A stretch of 55,469 nucleotides of DNA from Dehalococcoidia bacterium (GCA_003567655.1 PWZA01000022.1:1-55469); one strand, 5' to 3'; positions 9,821 through 20,479 are shown, counted from the stretch's first letter. Made by a program: numbers and translations. Notes: generated from the sequence alone by a model not told the origin.

Positions 9821-11296
9821 ATGACATCGAGATTAGAGCGAATCACCGAACAGCGACTGGAGAGTCTGAGCAGGATTCGCGCTCGCGGTATAGACCCCTA
9901 TCCCCATGCCTTTCGTGCCAGTCACACTATTCGGCAGGCGATAGCCTTGTTTGAGCGAGAGAAGGACGACGATCAGAGCGTATCGCTGGGCGGGCGCATA
10001 ACGGCCAAGCGTTCCATGGGTAAGATGTCCTTCCTTGACATACGCGACGGCACCGGCAAAATGCAGCTGTCTTTGCGCTACGATCGCCTGGGCGGCGAGA
10101 AATATGAACTGCTTCATGACATCGACATAGGGGATATAGTAGGGGCTGAGGGGCAGCTTTTTCTGACCAGGGCAGGAGAGATTACTCTGGAGGTAGCTGA
10201 TCTGACAATGTTGTGCAAAGCACTTCATCCTTTGCCGGAGAAGTGGCATGGGCTGGCAGATGTGGAGAAGCGGTATCGGCACAGGCACCTGGATCTCATC
10301 TCTAATGAGGATACGAGACGGATCTTCGCTGTTCGTAGCAGGGCTATCACGGCTATCAGGAGCTTTCTCGATGGGTGGGGATTCTTGGAGGTGGAAACAC
10401 CTATGCTTCAGCCCCATGCGGGTGGAGCCGCAGCACGTCCATTTGTGACACATCATCATGCACTGGATCAGGAGCTCTATTTGCGGATTGCCCTGGAGCT
10501 TCACCTTAAGAGATTGGTGATAGGTGGCTTCGACAGAGTCTATGAGATCGGGCGTACCTTTCGCAATGAGGGCCTTTCCGTCAGGCACAACCCTGAGTTC
10601 ACTTTGCTCGAATGCTACCAGGCGTATAGCGACTACAATGACATGATGAAAATGGTTGAAGACCTGTTCGCTCATACAGCGCAGGAGGTGCTGGGCACAA
10701 CCAAGCTTAGCTATCGCGATACAACCATCGACTTCAACCTGCCGTGGCAGAGGATATGCCTGCGCGAGGCGATAGAGGAGCACTGCGGTATCGACTTTGA
10801 AGACTATCCCGATGCTATGTCACTAAAGTCCAGGATGGAAGAACTCGGAATGCAAGTAGAGTTAGACAAGGGCAGGGGCAAGCTCATAGACGAGCTGCTT
10901 TCGGCTTATGTTGAGCCCAGGCTAATGCAGCCGACCTTCCTCCTTGACTACCCTGTTGAGATGTCTCCTCTAGCTAAGACAAGGCGGGGGAATGATCGAT
11001 TGACCGAGCGGTTTGAGGGCTTTGTGGGAGGTATGGAGGTTGCTAATGCCTTTACGGAGTTGAATGATCCGTTGGAGCAGAGGGAGAGGTTTCGCCAGCA
11101 ACTGAGAGAGCAGATGGGGGACAATGAGCCGGAAATCGCGGATGAGGATTTCCTTCAAGCTCTGGAATACGGCATGCCACCCACCGGTGGCCTGGGAATG
11201 GGTATTGATCGACTGGTGATGTTGCTTGCCGGGCAGCAATCTATACGGGAGGTGATATTGTTCCCCCAGCTTAGGATAAAGTCTGAGACAGAGTAG
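9821..11296 (+). CDS. lysS: Lysine--tRNA ligase, class II (bacterial type)
   Basis: It has an OB-fold N-terminus and class II motifs (FLEVETPMLQ, YEIGRTFRNEG, GGLGMGIDRLVMLL). Length is 491 aa. Confidence 0.95.
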   Translation: MTSRLERITEQRLESLSRIRARGIDPYPHAFRASHTIRQAIALFEREKDDDQSVSLGGRITAKRSMGKMSFLDIRDGTGKMQLSLRYDRLGGEKYELLHDIDIGDIVGAEGQLFLTRAGEITLEVADLTMLCKALHPLPEKWHGLADVEKRYRHRHLDLISNEDTRRIFAVRSRAITAIRSFLDGWGFLEVETPMLQPHAGGAAARPFVTHHHALDQELYLRIALELHLKRLVIGGFDRVYEIGRTFRNEGLSVRHNPEFTLLECYQAYSDYNDMMKMVEDLFAHTAQEVLGTTKLSYRDTTIDFNLPWQRICLREAIEEHCGIDFEDYPDAMSLKSRMEELGMQVELDKGRGKLIDELLSAYVEPRLMQPTFLLDYPVEMSPLAKTRRGNDRLTERFEGFVGGMEVANAFTELNDPLEQRERFRQQLREQMGDNEPEIADEDFLQALEYGMPPTGGLGMGIDRLVMLLAGQQSIREVILFPQLRIKSETE

Positions 11297-11315
11297 TGAT
11301 GAGGTCAGCTAACCG

Positions 11316-12566
11316 ATGATTGATATCAAGCTAATACGCGAGAATCCTGATCTGGTACGCCATGGCTTGGAGAGGAGAGGTGATACTTTTGCTCTGGACC
11401 GCATCCTTGAGATTGACGGACTTTATCGCGCCTTGCTCCGACAGACCGAGGAACTTCGTGCTGAACATAACGAGACAAGCAAGAATCTGGGCAGGAGCCA
11501 GGATAGATCTCCTCAGCTCATTGCGCAAATGCGTGAGATGGGAGAACGGATAGCGTTGCTGCAGCAACAGACTAAGGAAGCAAAGGAGAATCTTGATTCT
11601 CTGCTTCTGGAGTTGCCCAATATGCCTCTTGCTACTGTGCCTCCCGGCCGCCACGAGGAAGACAACGTAGTGGTGCGTGTCTGGGGTACGCCACAGGAGT
11701 TTTCCTTCAAGCCTTTGCCTCACTGGGAGTTGGGGGAGAAGCTCGACATAATCGATTTCCAGCAGGGTGTGAAGCTCTCAGGCACCAGGTTCTATGTTTT
11801 GAAGGGGCTTGGTGCTCGCCTGCAGCGGGCGCTCATTGCACTTATGCTCGATGTCCATGTGCACGAGCATGACTATAAAGAAGTCTATCTTCCGTCAATG
11901 GTGAAACGAGAGTGTATGGAGAGTTCCGGGCATTTGCCCAAGTTCGGCGACAATCTGTATCACGATGAGGAGGATGATTTCTGGTTCGTGCCCACAGCGG
12001 AGGTGCCGCTGACCAACCTGCATCGCGATGAGATTTTGAGTTCAGATAACCTTCCTCTGAGCTATGTTGCGCATACTCCTTGTTTCCGTCGCGAGAAGAT
12101 GTCTGCCGGGGCAGATACGAGAGGCATCAAGCGGGGACATCAGTTCGATAAGGTGGAACTATACAAGTTTACGGCCCCGGAAGACTCAGAGGGTGAGCTG
12201 GAGAGACTGGTAAGCGACGCTGAGAAGATATGCCAGAGGCTGGCCATACCTCATCGCGTTGCTGAATTGTGTAGCGGAGAACTGGGCTTTGCGGCTACTA
12301 AGACATATGACATCGAAGTGTGGGCTCCGGGTTGTCAGGAATGGCTGGAGGTTAGCTCTTGCAGCAACTGCGGTGATTTTCAGGCGCGGCGGGCGAACAT
12401 CCGTTACCGCCCTGAGGCAGGCGCCGGAACACAGTTTGTGCATACACTGAACGGGTCAGGATTGGCTCTGCCCCGTGTACTCATCGCGGTGCTTGAGAAC
12501 TACCAGCAGGCAGATGGCACGGTGCTGGTGCCTGAGGCGCTGCAGCCGTATATGAGAGCATCATAG
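11316..12566 (+). CDS. serS: Serine--tRNA ligase
   Basis: The start MIDIKLIRENPDLV is followed by a coiled-coil arm and class II core motifs (TAEVPLTN, CFRREKMSAG, GSGLALPRVLIAVLEN). Confidence 0.95.
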   Translation: MIDIKLIRENPDLVRHGLERRGDTFALDRILEIDGLYRALLRQTEELRAEHNETSKNLGRSQDRSPQLIAQMREMGERIALLQQQTKEAKENLDSLLLELPNMPLATVPPGRHEEDNVVVRVWGTPQEFSFKPLPHWELGEKLDIIDFQQGVKLSGTRFYVLKGLGARLQRALIALMLDVHVHEHDYKEVYLPSMVKRECMESSGHLPKFGDNLYHDEEDDFWFVPTAEVPLTNLHRDEILSSDNLPLSYVAHTPCFRREKMSAGADTRGIKRGHQFDKVELYKFTAPEDSEGELERLVSDAEKICQRLAIPHRVAELCSGELGFAATKTYDIEVWAPGCQEWLEVSSCSNCGDFQARRANIRYRPEAGAGTQFVHTLNGSGLALPRVLIAVLENYQQADGTVLVPEALQPYMRAS

Positions 12567-12802
12567 GTTGCGCGTTGGATACTACGTGTTCAGCGGGAGG
12601 AGTCAGTTACCTTGCTTGTGCGCGTGGCCGGGTTTCTCGGCGGGGTAATGGGCACTCATGGGTTCGGGATTGCTTGATGGGGGTGGTTTTGACAGGTTTG
12701 CAGGCCGATGCTATGATTGGCTGTACGGAACGTGTTTCCGTAGAAGATAATTCGTGCAGGATGATCAATCGACTTGCCGAGGGCACGTAGGGGCGGTAGA
12801 AA

Positions 12803-14077
12803 GTGGACGCCGCCGATAGTTGGCTTTTCATCGCCTTTCTTTTCTGTCTTATCCTGTCAGGGTTCTTCTCCAGTGCTGAGTCAGCCTTTATCGCCTTGCC
12901 CAAGCTCAGGCTGAGGTATCTGGTTGAGAGCGGAGTCAAAGGCGCTGATAAGCTAGCCGAGATTGCTGAGAGGCCGGAGAGGGTTCTGGCGACTGTTCTT
13001 CTGGGCAACAACCTGGTAAATGTGGGTGCGGCAACTTTGGGCACGATAATGGCTGTGGCCATTTTTGGTCCTTGGAGGGGGCCGATCATAGCCACCCTTG
13101 GCGTGACAACTCTGATTCTTATCTTCGGAGAGGTCATACCCAAGACGCTGGCAGTTCATCATGCCCAGCGGCTCTCTCTCGCCTACGTCGCTCCGCTGAG
13201 AGCAGTCGAGTTGGGTTTCTATCCCTTTGTTCTGGCACTTGATCGGATCGGATTGAGGTTTGCCCGAATGGTGAATGTATCCGAGGAGGATAAGAAGCTG
13301 GTGAGTGAGGGAGAGATACGGTCTGCTATAAGCTACGGTGAAAGCGAGGGGGTCGTTGACCAGGATGAAGCTAAGATTCTGCAGAAGGTATTTGAGTTCA
13401 CAGACCGTGCAGTGAGCAAGATAATGGTTCCCAGAACGGAGATAGCATGGGTGGAAGAGGGGACGACGCTTGGAGATTTCCTCGGTCTGTATGCCGAGGA
13501 GCGGTACAGTCGGTTCCCGGTGTATAGGGAGAATACGGACAATGTCGTGGGTATATTGCATGCCAAGGATGTCCTGATGAAACTTACCGATGGCGAAGCC
13601 AACAGGGAAGATGCCATCGACGATTTGGTAAGGCCTGCCTATTTTGTGCCCGAAGGCAAACACCTGGGGGAACTTCTGGCGGAGATGAGGGATGGCGGTC
13701 ACCATGCGGCAATCGTGATTGACGAGTTCGGGGGTATGGCAGGGATGGTCACCCTGGGGCAGCTGACCGAGGAAATCGTAGGCGATATACATGATGAACT
13801 GACGGGTGATGAGAAGGACTTTATAGTGACGGGTGACAGTACCTTTCAGCTTGACGGAGGATACAGGATCGATGATGCCAATGAGGAGTTGGAGTTGAAT
13901 CTGCCCGGGGGAGACTATGAGACGGTCGCGGGCTTCATCTTGAGCCACCTCGGTCGCATACCTAAACAGGGAGAGCAGTTCAAGTACCAGAACCTGAAGT
14001 TTGTTGTGACAGAGATGCGCGGTATGAAGATCTGTAAGGTGATACTTACCAGAGAGAAGACCGGTGCTTCATCGTGA
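12803..14077 (+). CDS. CNNM/HlyC-CorC family transporter (DUF21-CBS pair-CorC_HlyC)
   Basis: It has four N-terminal TM helices (DUF21), a CBS pair (KIMVPRTEI..., RFPVYREN..NVVGILHAKD) and a C-terminal CorC domain. The start is GTG. Confidence 0.85.
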   Translation: MDAADSWLFIAFLFCLILSGFFSSAESAFIALPKLRLRYLVESGVKGADKLAEIAERPERVLATVLLGNNLVNVGAATLGTIMAVAIFGPWRGPIIATLGVTTLILIFGEVIPKTLAVHHAQRLSLAYVAPLRAVELGFYPFVLALDRIGLRFARMVNVSEEDKKLVSEGEIRSAISYGESEGVVDQDEAKILQKVFEFTDRAVSKIMVPRTEIAWVEEGTTLGDFLGLYAEERYSRFPVYRENTDNVVGILHAKDVLMKLTDGEANREDAIDDLVRPAYFVPEGKHLGELLAEMRDGGHHAAIVIDEFGGMAGMVTLGQLTEEIVGDIHDELTGDEKDFIVTGDSTFQLDGGYRIDDANEELELNLPGGDYETVAGFILSHLGRIPKQGEQFKYQNLKFVVTEMRGMKICKVILTREKTGASS

Positions 14078-14117
14078 GAAGGTTACATTATAAGCCTCGA
14101 TGTGACGGAGCGCAGAA

Positions 14118-14753
14118 GTGCAGGGAGACCTTTTGAAGCTGGTTCTGGTGCGGCATGGCGAGACTAAATGGAACAGGGAGGGTCGTGTTCAGGGGGCCGA
14201 TAGTGACATTGAGCTCAACGATATCGGACTGGAGCAGGCAAGGAGGCTGGGAGGATTTCTCAGTTGTGAGAACGTAATTGCTGTTTATGCCAGTCCGATG
14301 CAGAGGGCTGTGGCTACCGCTCAAGCCATAGCGGAGCATCACAGTGTGTCTGTGGAGGCGGATGAGGGTCTTAAAGAGATCATGGTCGGAGAGTTGGAGG
14401 GAATATCGATCTCGAATCTTCGCAGTACTTTCAGCCAGTTCCTCAAGCAGTGGTGGGAGGAGCGTGGGGCCATTGAGGCTGCCAGTGGAGAGACCTTTGT
14501 CGAACTACAGCAGCGGGTCTGGAAGGTAGTAGAGAGGCTTCTGGAAAGGCACCAGACTGACTGCGGGCATGATAATAGCGGTGTTGTGGTGATAGTCAGC
14601 CATTTCTTTGTGACCCTGGCCATCATCTTCAAAGCTCTGGATCTGCCGGCCGACTGCTTCACGAGGTTCAGAGTGGACCTCGGAGGGGTGAGCGTTCTTG
14701 AGGTGAACGAGCACGGCGTACGCCTGCTTACGTTCAATGATAATACGTACTAG
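14118..14753 (+). CDS. Histidine phosphatase family protein (phosphoglycerate mutase-like)
   Basis: The RHGE catalytic motif LVLVRHGETKWNREGRVQG is present, and a C-terminal SHFF region contains His. The start is GTG. Confidence 0.8.
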   Translation: MQGDLLKLVLVRHGETKWNREGRVQGADSDIELNDIGLEQARRLGGFLSCENVIAVYASPMQRAVATAQAIAEHHSVSVEADEGLKEIMVGELEGISISNLRSTFSQFLKQWWEERGAIEAASGETFVELQQRVWKVVERLLERHQTDCGHDNSGVVVIVSHFFVTLAIIFKALDLPADCFTRFRVDLGGVSVLEVNEHGVRLLTFNDNTY

Positions 14754-14790
14754 CGGTTACTGTGAGCACATGGTCTGCGGTGCTACTTCA

Positions 14791-16308
14791 ATGGGCAATA
14801 CCGGGATCGAGTCGAAGGTCATCGGTCTGGCGGAGCGGCATAATATGCTGTTGCCCGGCGATAGAGTTGTTGTTGGGTTGTCTGGTGGTGCCGATTCAGT
14901 GTGTTTGCTGCATATTCTGGCGAAATGGCAGAGTTCACTCCGGGTAGAGCTGCACGCTGCTCACCTCAATCATCAGCTGCGCGCGACTGAATCCGAGGCC
15001 GATGCGATCTACGTGTCTGAGCTAGCCGGCTCACTTGGCATTCCCGTCACCGTTGAGGAGCGTGATGTATCTGGCTACTGCAATGAGAGGAGTTGCTCTA
15101 TCGAAGAAGCGGCTCGAGAGCTACGATACGACTTTCTGTCAAGTGTCGCGGCCGGTGTTGGAGCGAATCGGATCGCCGTAGGCCACACCAGAGATGACCA
15201 CATAGAGACCGTGTTGATGCATATAATAAGAGGGGCCGGGACAGGCGGCTTGAGTGGTATGGCGGGTGTATTATCTATGGCGCAGGTCCAGCGGGGGGGC
15301 TCATCATTAGGGACGGCAGGTGCCTGCCGGTTAATTAGACCGCTTTTGGATGTGACAAGAGAGGAAACGACGGATTATTGCCAGAGGCTGCAGCTTAATG
15401 CGCGTATCGACTCCTCCAACATTTCGCCTTCGTTCCTTCGAAATCGAATTCGTCTTCATCTTCTCCCGCTGCTTAGACAGTACAACCCGAGGCTTGATAG
15501 TGCCCTATTGCGTTTAGCTGATATTGCCAGGGAGGATAGCGTTTTCATCGAGGAGCAGGCTGCGGCCCGGTGGGATGAGGTAGTAAGCTTGCATGATGAT
15601 TGTGTACGCATTAATAGGAGGCAGACTGCCGCCTTGCCTATAGCGCTGCAGAGACAGCTATTGCGCTTGGCTTTCACCAGGCTTGCGGGTGACGCTAGAG
15701 ATATCGAGATTGGGCATGTCGAGGCCGCACGCGACCTGCTAGGTAAACCGGTAGGGAAGATGGTCTTTCTGCCCCGAGGGCTTGTCTGCTGGGGAGACTA
15801 CCACCATCTGGTGATGACCGATGCTTCATCGGTAGCCAGTGGTGGTGAAAGGCTACAGCTTGAGTTATCCTGCCCCTTTGCTGCGCTTGAAGGCGAGATC
15901 CCATTGGAGGTGCCTGGAGAGACGATCTTGCCGGGATTGAGGGTGGTGGCGACCGTGATCGGAGGGCAGGCAGGTTGTTCGATAGTGCGGGGCATGGTCA
16001 GGATGGAAGCAGAGGATTCTCAGCGCAGTTCCGTTGCCGTTTTCGATCTTCATAAGACGGGACGGCAGATTTCGGTGCGCCATCGTAGGCCAGGAGACCG
16101 GTTTCAGCCTCTGGGCATGAACGGGTCTAAGAAGATTCAGGATTTTATGGTTGATTCCAGGATACCTCGCTTGTGGCGAGACTATGTCCCGATAGTGTGT
16201 ACGCCTGAGCAGATCATCTGGATGGTAGGTTGGCGCATCGATGAGAGAGTAAAGGTGTCTGAGGAAACTGAGGAAATAGTCCGTCTTGAGTTTGTGTGGG
16301 AAGAATGA
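14791..16308 (+). CDS. tilS: tRNA(Ile)-lysidine synthetase
   Basis: The PP-loop VVVGLSGGADSVCLL and the GHTRDDHIETVLM motif are present. The start is ambiguous among 14737, 14770 and 14791, and none has a clear RBS. Confidence 0.88.
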   Translation: MGNTGIESKVIGLAERHNMLLPGDRVVVGLSGGADSVCLLHILAKWQSSLRVELHAAHLNHQLRATESEADAIYVSELAGSLGIPVTVEERDVSGYCNERSCSIEEAARELRYDFLSSVAAGVGANRIAVGHTRDDHIETVLMHIIRGAGTGGLSGMAGVLSMAQVQRGGSSLGTAGACRLIRPLLDVTREETTDYCQRLQLNARIDSSNISPSFLRNRIRLHLLPLLRQYNPRLDSALLRLADIAREDSVFIEEQAAARWDEVVSLHDDCVRINRRQTAALPIALQRQLLRLAFTRLAGDARDIEIGHVEAARDLLGKPVGKMVFLPRGLVCWGDYHHLVMTDASSVASGGERLQLELSCPFAALEGEIPLEVPGETILPGLRVVATVIGGQAGCSIVRGMVRMEAEDSQRSSVAVFDLHKTGRQISVRHRRPGDRFQPLGMNGSKKIQDFMVDSRIPRLWRDYVPIVCTPEQIIWMVGWRIDERVKVSEETEEIVRLEFVWEE

Positions 16309-16562
16309 GGTCAGTTGATAGGGAACTGATTCTGCGCCGGCTCACAGTTGACGATGCTATGTGTCGCCTTGATCAATATCTCAGTGATGCCTTCACCGAT
16401 GGCCTGGAGTGTGTGCACATAGTCCACGGCAAGGGGACCGGTATACTGCGCCGGGCGGTACACGACTCACTGGCTCGGCATCCTCTGGTCAAATCGTATC
16501 GGCTGGGCGGTTATGGCGAAGGCGATTACGGTGTCACCATCGTGGAGTTTATGGATCACTGA
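16305..16562 (+). CDS. Smr (small MutS-related) domain protein
   Basis: It has the Smr pattern L.LRRLTVDDA...VHIVHGKGTGILR. The ATG at 16305 overlaps the tilS TGA (ATGA), suggesting translational coupling. Confidence 0.75.
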   Translation: MRSVDRELILRRLTVDDAMCRLDQYLSDAFTDGLECVHIVHGKGTGILRRAVHDSLARHPLVKSYRLGGYGEGDYGVTIVEFMDH

Positions 16563-16660
16563 GTTTGGTGACGGGAACGGGATTCGTTATGTAACTTACC
16601 TATTGCTAATGGGTGGCCCGGGGTTATATAATTGGGTCGCCGGTCGGGGGGAATAGAAAT

Positions 16661-17269
16661 ATGGAAACGGAAACGATGCAAGAGGCAATCGTGCAGGATC
16701 GGGTGCATGTCGAGCAGGAGGCGTTCTCGGCCAAGATCAGGGAGGCGCATGGCGAGATAGCTTTTCTGCGCAGACGGCTTGATCGGCTGGCGAAGCTACA
16801 GTCGCTGTTAAAAGAAAAGTACAATAGCAGACTGGATGACCTCTGTAATGAGGTCGGCAATATAGACAAGCAGCAGTGGGAACTCAAGAGCCTGGCCAAA
16901 CAACTGAAAGGGAACAAAGAGAGGCGGTCCAACATCAACAGGCAGATAGGTAGTCTTGAGAGGCGCAAGAAGACCGTTCGCGAGGCCATAAAGCAGGTTA
17001 CAGGATATGAGAAGTCAAGCAATGTCCAGGTGGACGGGATAGAAGAAGAGCAGGAGGTGCTCGCTCAGCGGATTCAGGACCTGGAGCATATACTCGAGCT
17101 GGCTGAGCAGGCCGATCTGACCAGAAGAGAGCTGGATACGATCGCCCAGCGAGTACACATCACACAGAGACTGTTGAAGGAGCATGAAGCAGACCTCAGC
17201 AAGAGGACGATAGACCTGCTCTTTGAGTTCTACATCCCTCCAAGAAACAACAAGCGATTCAAGCTATAG
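16661..17269 (+). CDS. Hypothetical coiled-coil protein
   Basis: This 202-aa ORF is rich in heptad-like charged residues (E/K/R/L/Q). No motif was recognised and no competing ORF is present. The ATG at 16661 was chosen. Confidence 0.45.
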   Translation: METETMQEAIVQDRVHVEQEAFSAKIREAHGEIAFLRRRLDRLAKLQSLLKEKYNSRLDDLCNEVGNIDKQQWELKSLAKQLKGNKERRSNINRQIGSLERRKKTVREAIKQVTGYEKSSNVQVDGIEEEQEVLAQRIQDLEHILELAEQADLTRRELDTIAQRVHITQRLLKEHEADLSKRTIDLLFEFYIPPRNNKRFKL

Positions 17270-17459
17270 CCACCTATTAATCGGTGCACCATAAAGCCCG
17301 GTGGGGATCTCAGCAAAAGCCCTTTGAGTTGATCTGTGCTCAGTCGGTCGGATAACGCCTGATGGCCTTCAGTGCACTTCCTGTCACTGATTCCGGCTCG
17401 TTGCTGTGCATAGATGACCATCGGCAGGGGGCCGTTTTCCATCCACACTCGTTCGTAAT

Positions 17460-18662
17460 CTATGAGGTTTTAGCTGTGGGCGCCAGGTATACAAGGATAA
17501 TGGCCAGTAGGGTTATCGTTATTGCGCTTATGAAGGCAAAATAGTAGCGCCCCGTGTTATCGAATATCCATCCGCCGTATACCGGCCCTATCATGAAGCC
17601 GATGGTCGTCACAACGTATGCGGCGCCATATATGGCGCTGAAGTGATTTCTGCCGTAGTAGTCAGCCAGGAGACCCGGCAAAATCGGAGTCAAACCGCCA
17701 ATGCCGAAGCCGAGCAGGCATGAGTAGATATATAGTAAGGGTAGGCTGATAACCTGAAGCAGCATCACGAAAGCGACCAACTGTATGGTGGCCGCTATCA
17801 TCATCACGTATCTCTTGTCAATGGCGTCGCCGAGCTTGCCGAAAGCTACTCTACCGGGAATGCTGAATGCACTGAGCAACCCTACTGCGCCAGCGGCGGC
17901 GACTGCGGGTATACCCTGGTCAACGGCAAACGCAACTTGGTGGGTCAGGCCCATGGCAAATGCACCATACCAGAGCGTCGCCGCTATGGATACAAACCAG
18001 AATGACCTCTTTTTCAGCGCCTCTCCGAGTGTAGCGTATCCTTCCTCTGAGTCTTGGTGACTTGCCGACTCCGGCTGGGTCTGGTGCCTCTGTGAGGTGC
18101 GCATGACAGCTGCCCCTATGGGAATGCCAACGATCATGACCACTCCGGCTATGAAGACGAAGGTGGTCTGCCAATCATATCTGGAGATTAGCCAGCCGGC
18201 AAGTGGTGCCATCACCAGACCGCCCATGCCCATGCCGGTCGTAGCTATGCCCAGGGCTGTACTCTTATCACGGTCAAACCAGCCCTCCACCGCTGTCAGA
18301 ACCGGGACCTCGAGTAGTCCTGACATTCCGGCCGAGATGATCAGGCCGTAATAGAGATAGAACTGCCAGAGTTCCGTGACTGTGGATAGCAGAAGGAAGC
18401 CGAGTCCGGCTATGATACTGCCGCCAACCACTATCGGACGAAGACCGATGCGGCGCAGCAGTACTCCGATGAGTAGACTTGTTGCCGCAATGACCAGACA
18501 GGCGATAGTCATGGCGAGGGCTAGCTGGGTGCGAGCCCATCCCATCTCTCTTACCATTGCATCAAAGAAGACAGGAAAAGCGTAGAAATGTGTTCCCGTG
18601 GCGCAGAACAACAGAAGGAATGAGCCACCTACCACCCGCCACCCGTAAGATGCTCTCTTCAT
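17460..18662 (-). CDS. MFS transporter (oxalate/formate antiporter-like)
   Basis: The 400-aa protein has about 12 hydrophobic helices. The N-terminus WRVVGGSFLLLFCATGTHFYAFPVFF is typical of OFA-type MFS proteins. Confidence 0.8.
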   Translation of the reverse strand: MKRASYGWRVVGGSFLLLFCATGTHFYAFPVFFDAMVREMGWARTQLALAMTIACLVIAATSLLIGVLLRRIGLRPIVVGGSIIAGLGFLLLSTVTELWQFYLYYGLIISAGMSGLLEVPVLTAVEGWFDRDKSTALGIATTGMGMGGLVMAPLAGWLISRYDWQTTFVFIAGVVMIVGIPIGAAVMRTSQRHQTQPESASHQDSEEGYATLGEALKKRSFWFVSIAATLWYGAFAMGLTHQVAFAVDQGIPAVAAAGAVGLLSAFSIPGRVAFGKLGDAIDKRYVMMIAATIQLVAFVMLLQVISLPLLYIYSCLLGFGIGGLTPILPGLLADYYGRNHFSAIYGAAYVVTTIGFMIGPVYGGWIFDNTGRYYFAFISAITITLLAIILVYLAPTAKTS

Positions 18663-18788
18663 CTGCTAACCGCAATCTGCCGGATCAGAGCCGATTCACC
18701 GCTTGCCGGATGCCACTGTGTTCAACAGTTGTGGCTGCCGGGCGGCGTCGCGGGCATGTTTTCTGCAATGGCCGTAGGAGGCCCAGGG

Positions 18789-19913
18789 CTATCTAGCCAG
18801 TGCTGCGCTGATCTCGCCGCGCATATATTCGGAGTCATCTCTGGAAAGGCAAGATTCGAGGATTCTCCTGGCGTCGGCACCACCGATCTTGCCGAGTGCC
18901 CAGGCAGCATGACCGCGAAGCGGCTCATCCGGTGAACACATTGCCTCAGCCAGCACGGGTACCGCTTCAGTATCACCCTGATTGCCCAGAGCCACTGCGG
19001 CGTTCCTCTGCAGGTAACGCTTGTTGTCGACGTAGTTCAGTAGCTGGAATACTCTGCCGAAGTGCTCATCAGACATGTTGACTAGTTTCTGCAGATCGAA
19101 TTCGCCAGCCATGTGTTCCAGGTATGGATTTGGCGGCAGCGTCGCCCGTAAGCGCTGCCTGTTGCGGGGGCAAGCCTGCTGACACTCATCACAGCCGTAA
19201 ATCCATGTGCCCATTTGTTCTCTGATCTGCACCGGTAATACCGTCTGAGTGCCGCCAAACCATGAGCCTGGTGCGTTGTAGGAGTTGTAGGCGATGCAGC
19301 GACGCGGGTCGATCTTCAGTGGCTCATAGAGGGCTCCTGTAGGGCAGGCCTCGATGCATAGGTTGCACTTCTCGGGGCAACCTATCTGAATGGTCGGCGC
19401 ATCGTATTCCAGTTCCTTATCTACGACCAATGTGGACATGACGATGAACGATCCGCTTTCACCGGCAAAGGCGAATGTGTTCTTGCCGTAGTCGGTGATA
19501 CCGGCACGGGCCGCCGCCAGCCGTACCGGTGGATCAAACACGGGTTTGCCTGTGCTGCAGCCCGCTTTCTCAAGAAACTCCTTGAGTAGTCGGTAACGCG
19601 CCCGGTGAATGGGAATGGGGGGAACGCCGCCAAGCGACTGATAAGCCCTCCCGACTTTGCCTATCAACTCCTGGGGGTAGGTGTGCCTGTGATAATCAAA
19701 TACTGTAACTACCAGAGACCTGGCCTCGGGTAGCGTGCTCTTCGGGTCAGCGCCCTTTATAAGTCCCCAGTCACTACCTGTGGCCCAACTATACATGTCC
19801 AGTCGTTCGGAGAGCTCGGCCTCGTAGGTCGTGAACCTCTCTGCTGTGGTAAATCCTACCCTGTCATATCCGAGGGCAAGCGCATACTCCTTGATGTCCG
19901 AGCTTAGAGACAT
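18789..19913 (-). CDS. queG: Epoxyqueuosine reductase
   Basis: Two ferredoxin motifs are present (CPEKCNLCIEACP and CDECQQACP). C-terminal HEAT/PBS-lyase repeats are also present (NAAVALGNQGDTEAVPVLAEAM...RGHAAWALGKIGG). Confidence 0.85.
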   Translation of the reverse strand: MSLSSDIKEYALALGYDRVGFTTAERFTTYEAELSERLDMYSWATGSDWGLIKGADPKSTLPEARSLVVTVFDYHRHTYPQELIGKVGRAYQSLGGVPPIPIHRARYRLLKEFLEKAGCSTGKPVFDPPVRLAAARAGITDYGKNTFAFAGESGSFIVMSTLVVDKELEYDAPTIQIGCPEKCNLCIEACPTGALYEPLKIDPRRCIAYNSYNAPGSWFGGTQTVLPVQIREQMGTWIYGCDECQQACPRNRQRLRATLPPNPYLEHMAGEFDLQKLVNMSDEHFGRVFQLLNYVDNKRYLQRNAAVALGNQGDTEAVPVLAEAMCSPDEPLRGHAAWALGKIGGADARRILESCLSRDDSEYMRGEISAALAR

Positions 19914-20174
19914 AGCTCACCCGCTTTCTCTGTTCCTGAAGCTGACCAGGTCACAATCACAGGTGCAATTGTAACACGAAGCGAGACATGTCACTAACAC
20001 CGGGAGGCGTGCGATGACGACTAATTGGTGCAGGAGGCCACGTCAGTGCTCAACTGGTTAGCCTACTTTGTGAGCGAACTCAAACTCAACACTTGTTAGC
20101 CGTGGGCCCTAGGTCGTGATTGGCTTGGTGGGTGTGGTCCATTCGTCGCAAATGAAGATATTCAGGCAAAGGTA

Positions 20175-20202
20175 TTGACAGGAGTGGCTCTCATGGTAAT
20201 AT
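20175..20202 (+). promoter_or_regulatory. Sigma-70-like promoter (TTGACA-16 nt-TAATAT)
   Basis: TTGACA lies at 20175-20180 and TAATAT at 20197-20202. This would create a leader of about 270 nt before the ATG at 20480. Confidence 0.4.
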
Positions 20203-20479
20203 ATAGTGAGAGGAAGCGAGGTGATTATGGCAACGGCCTACCCTCACCGTTTGGCCGGGCGGTCTCACTGAAGGCTCTTGCATAGGGAGTAGGATTCTAT
20301 CGGCAGGATCATGTGTTCTGTTGCCAGGGGTAGAGGCAATCACTTTTGTGATCACGAGAAGATGCCGAATAGCGGGGAGGTGATAGCCATGAGCTAAGAC
20401 CGGAACGTAGTCGATCTGTACCAGTGAAGATGCAGCAACACAGCAGAATTGAACAGAAAGAGAGGAGGTGTTCAAAGGC

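Noticed and set aside
20095-20150. A ZTP (pfl) riboswitch-like string, GTCGTGATTGGCTTGGTGGGTGTGG.
   Set aside because: The 3' pseudoknot element (CCGCCTGGGC-like) is absent. The string also lies upstream of the predicted promoter rather than in a leader.
20281-20410. A possible yybP-ykoY (Mn2+) riboswitch, suggested by GGGAGTAG near 20284 and GCTAAGACC near 20392 upstream of a membrane protein gene.
   Set aside because: I could not find the required P1 pairing flanking these elements or the other conserved loop. The resemblance is limited to two short strings. The region is retained only as an unclassified structured leader.
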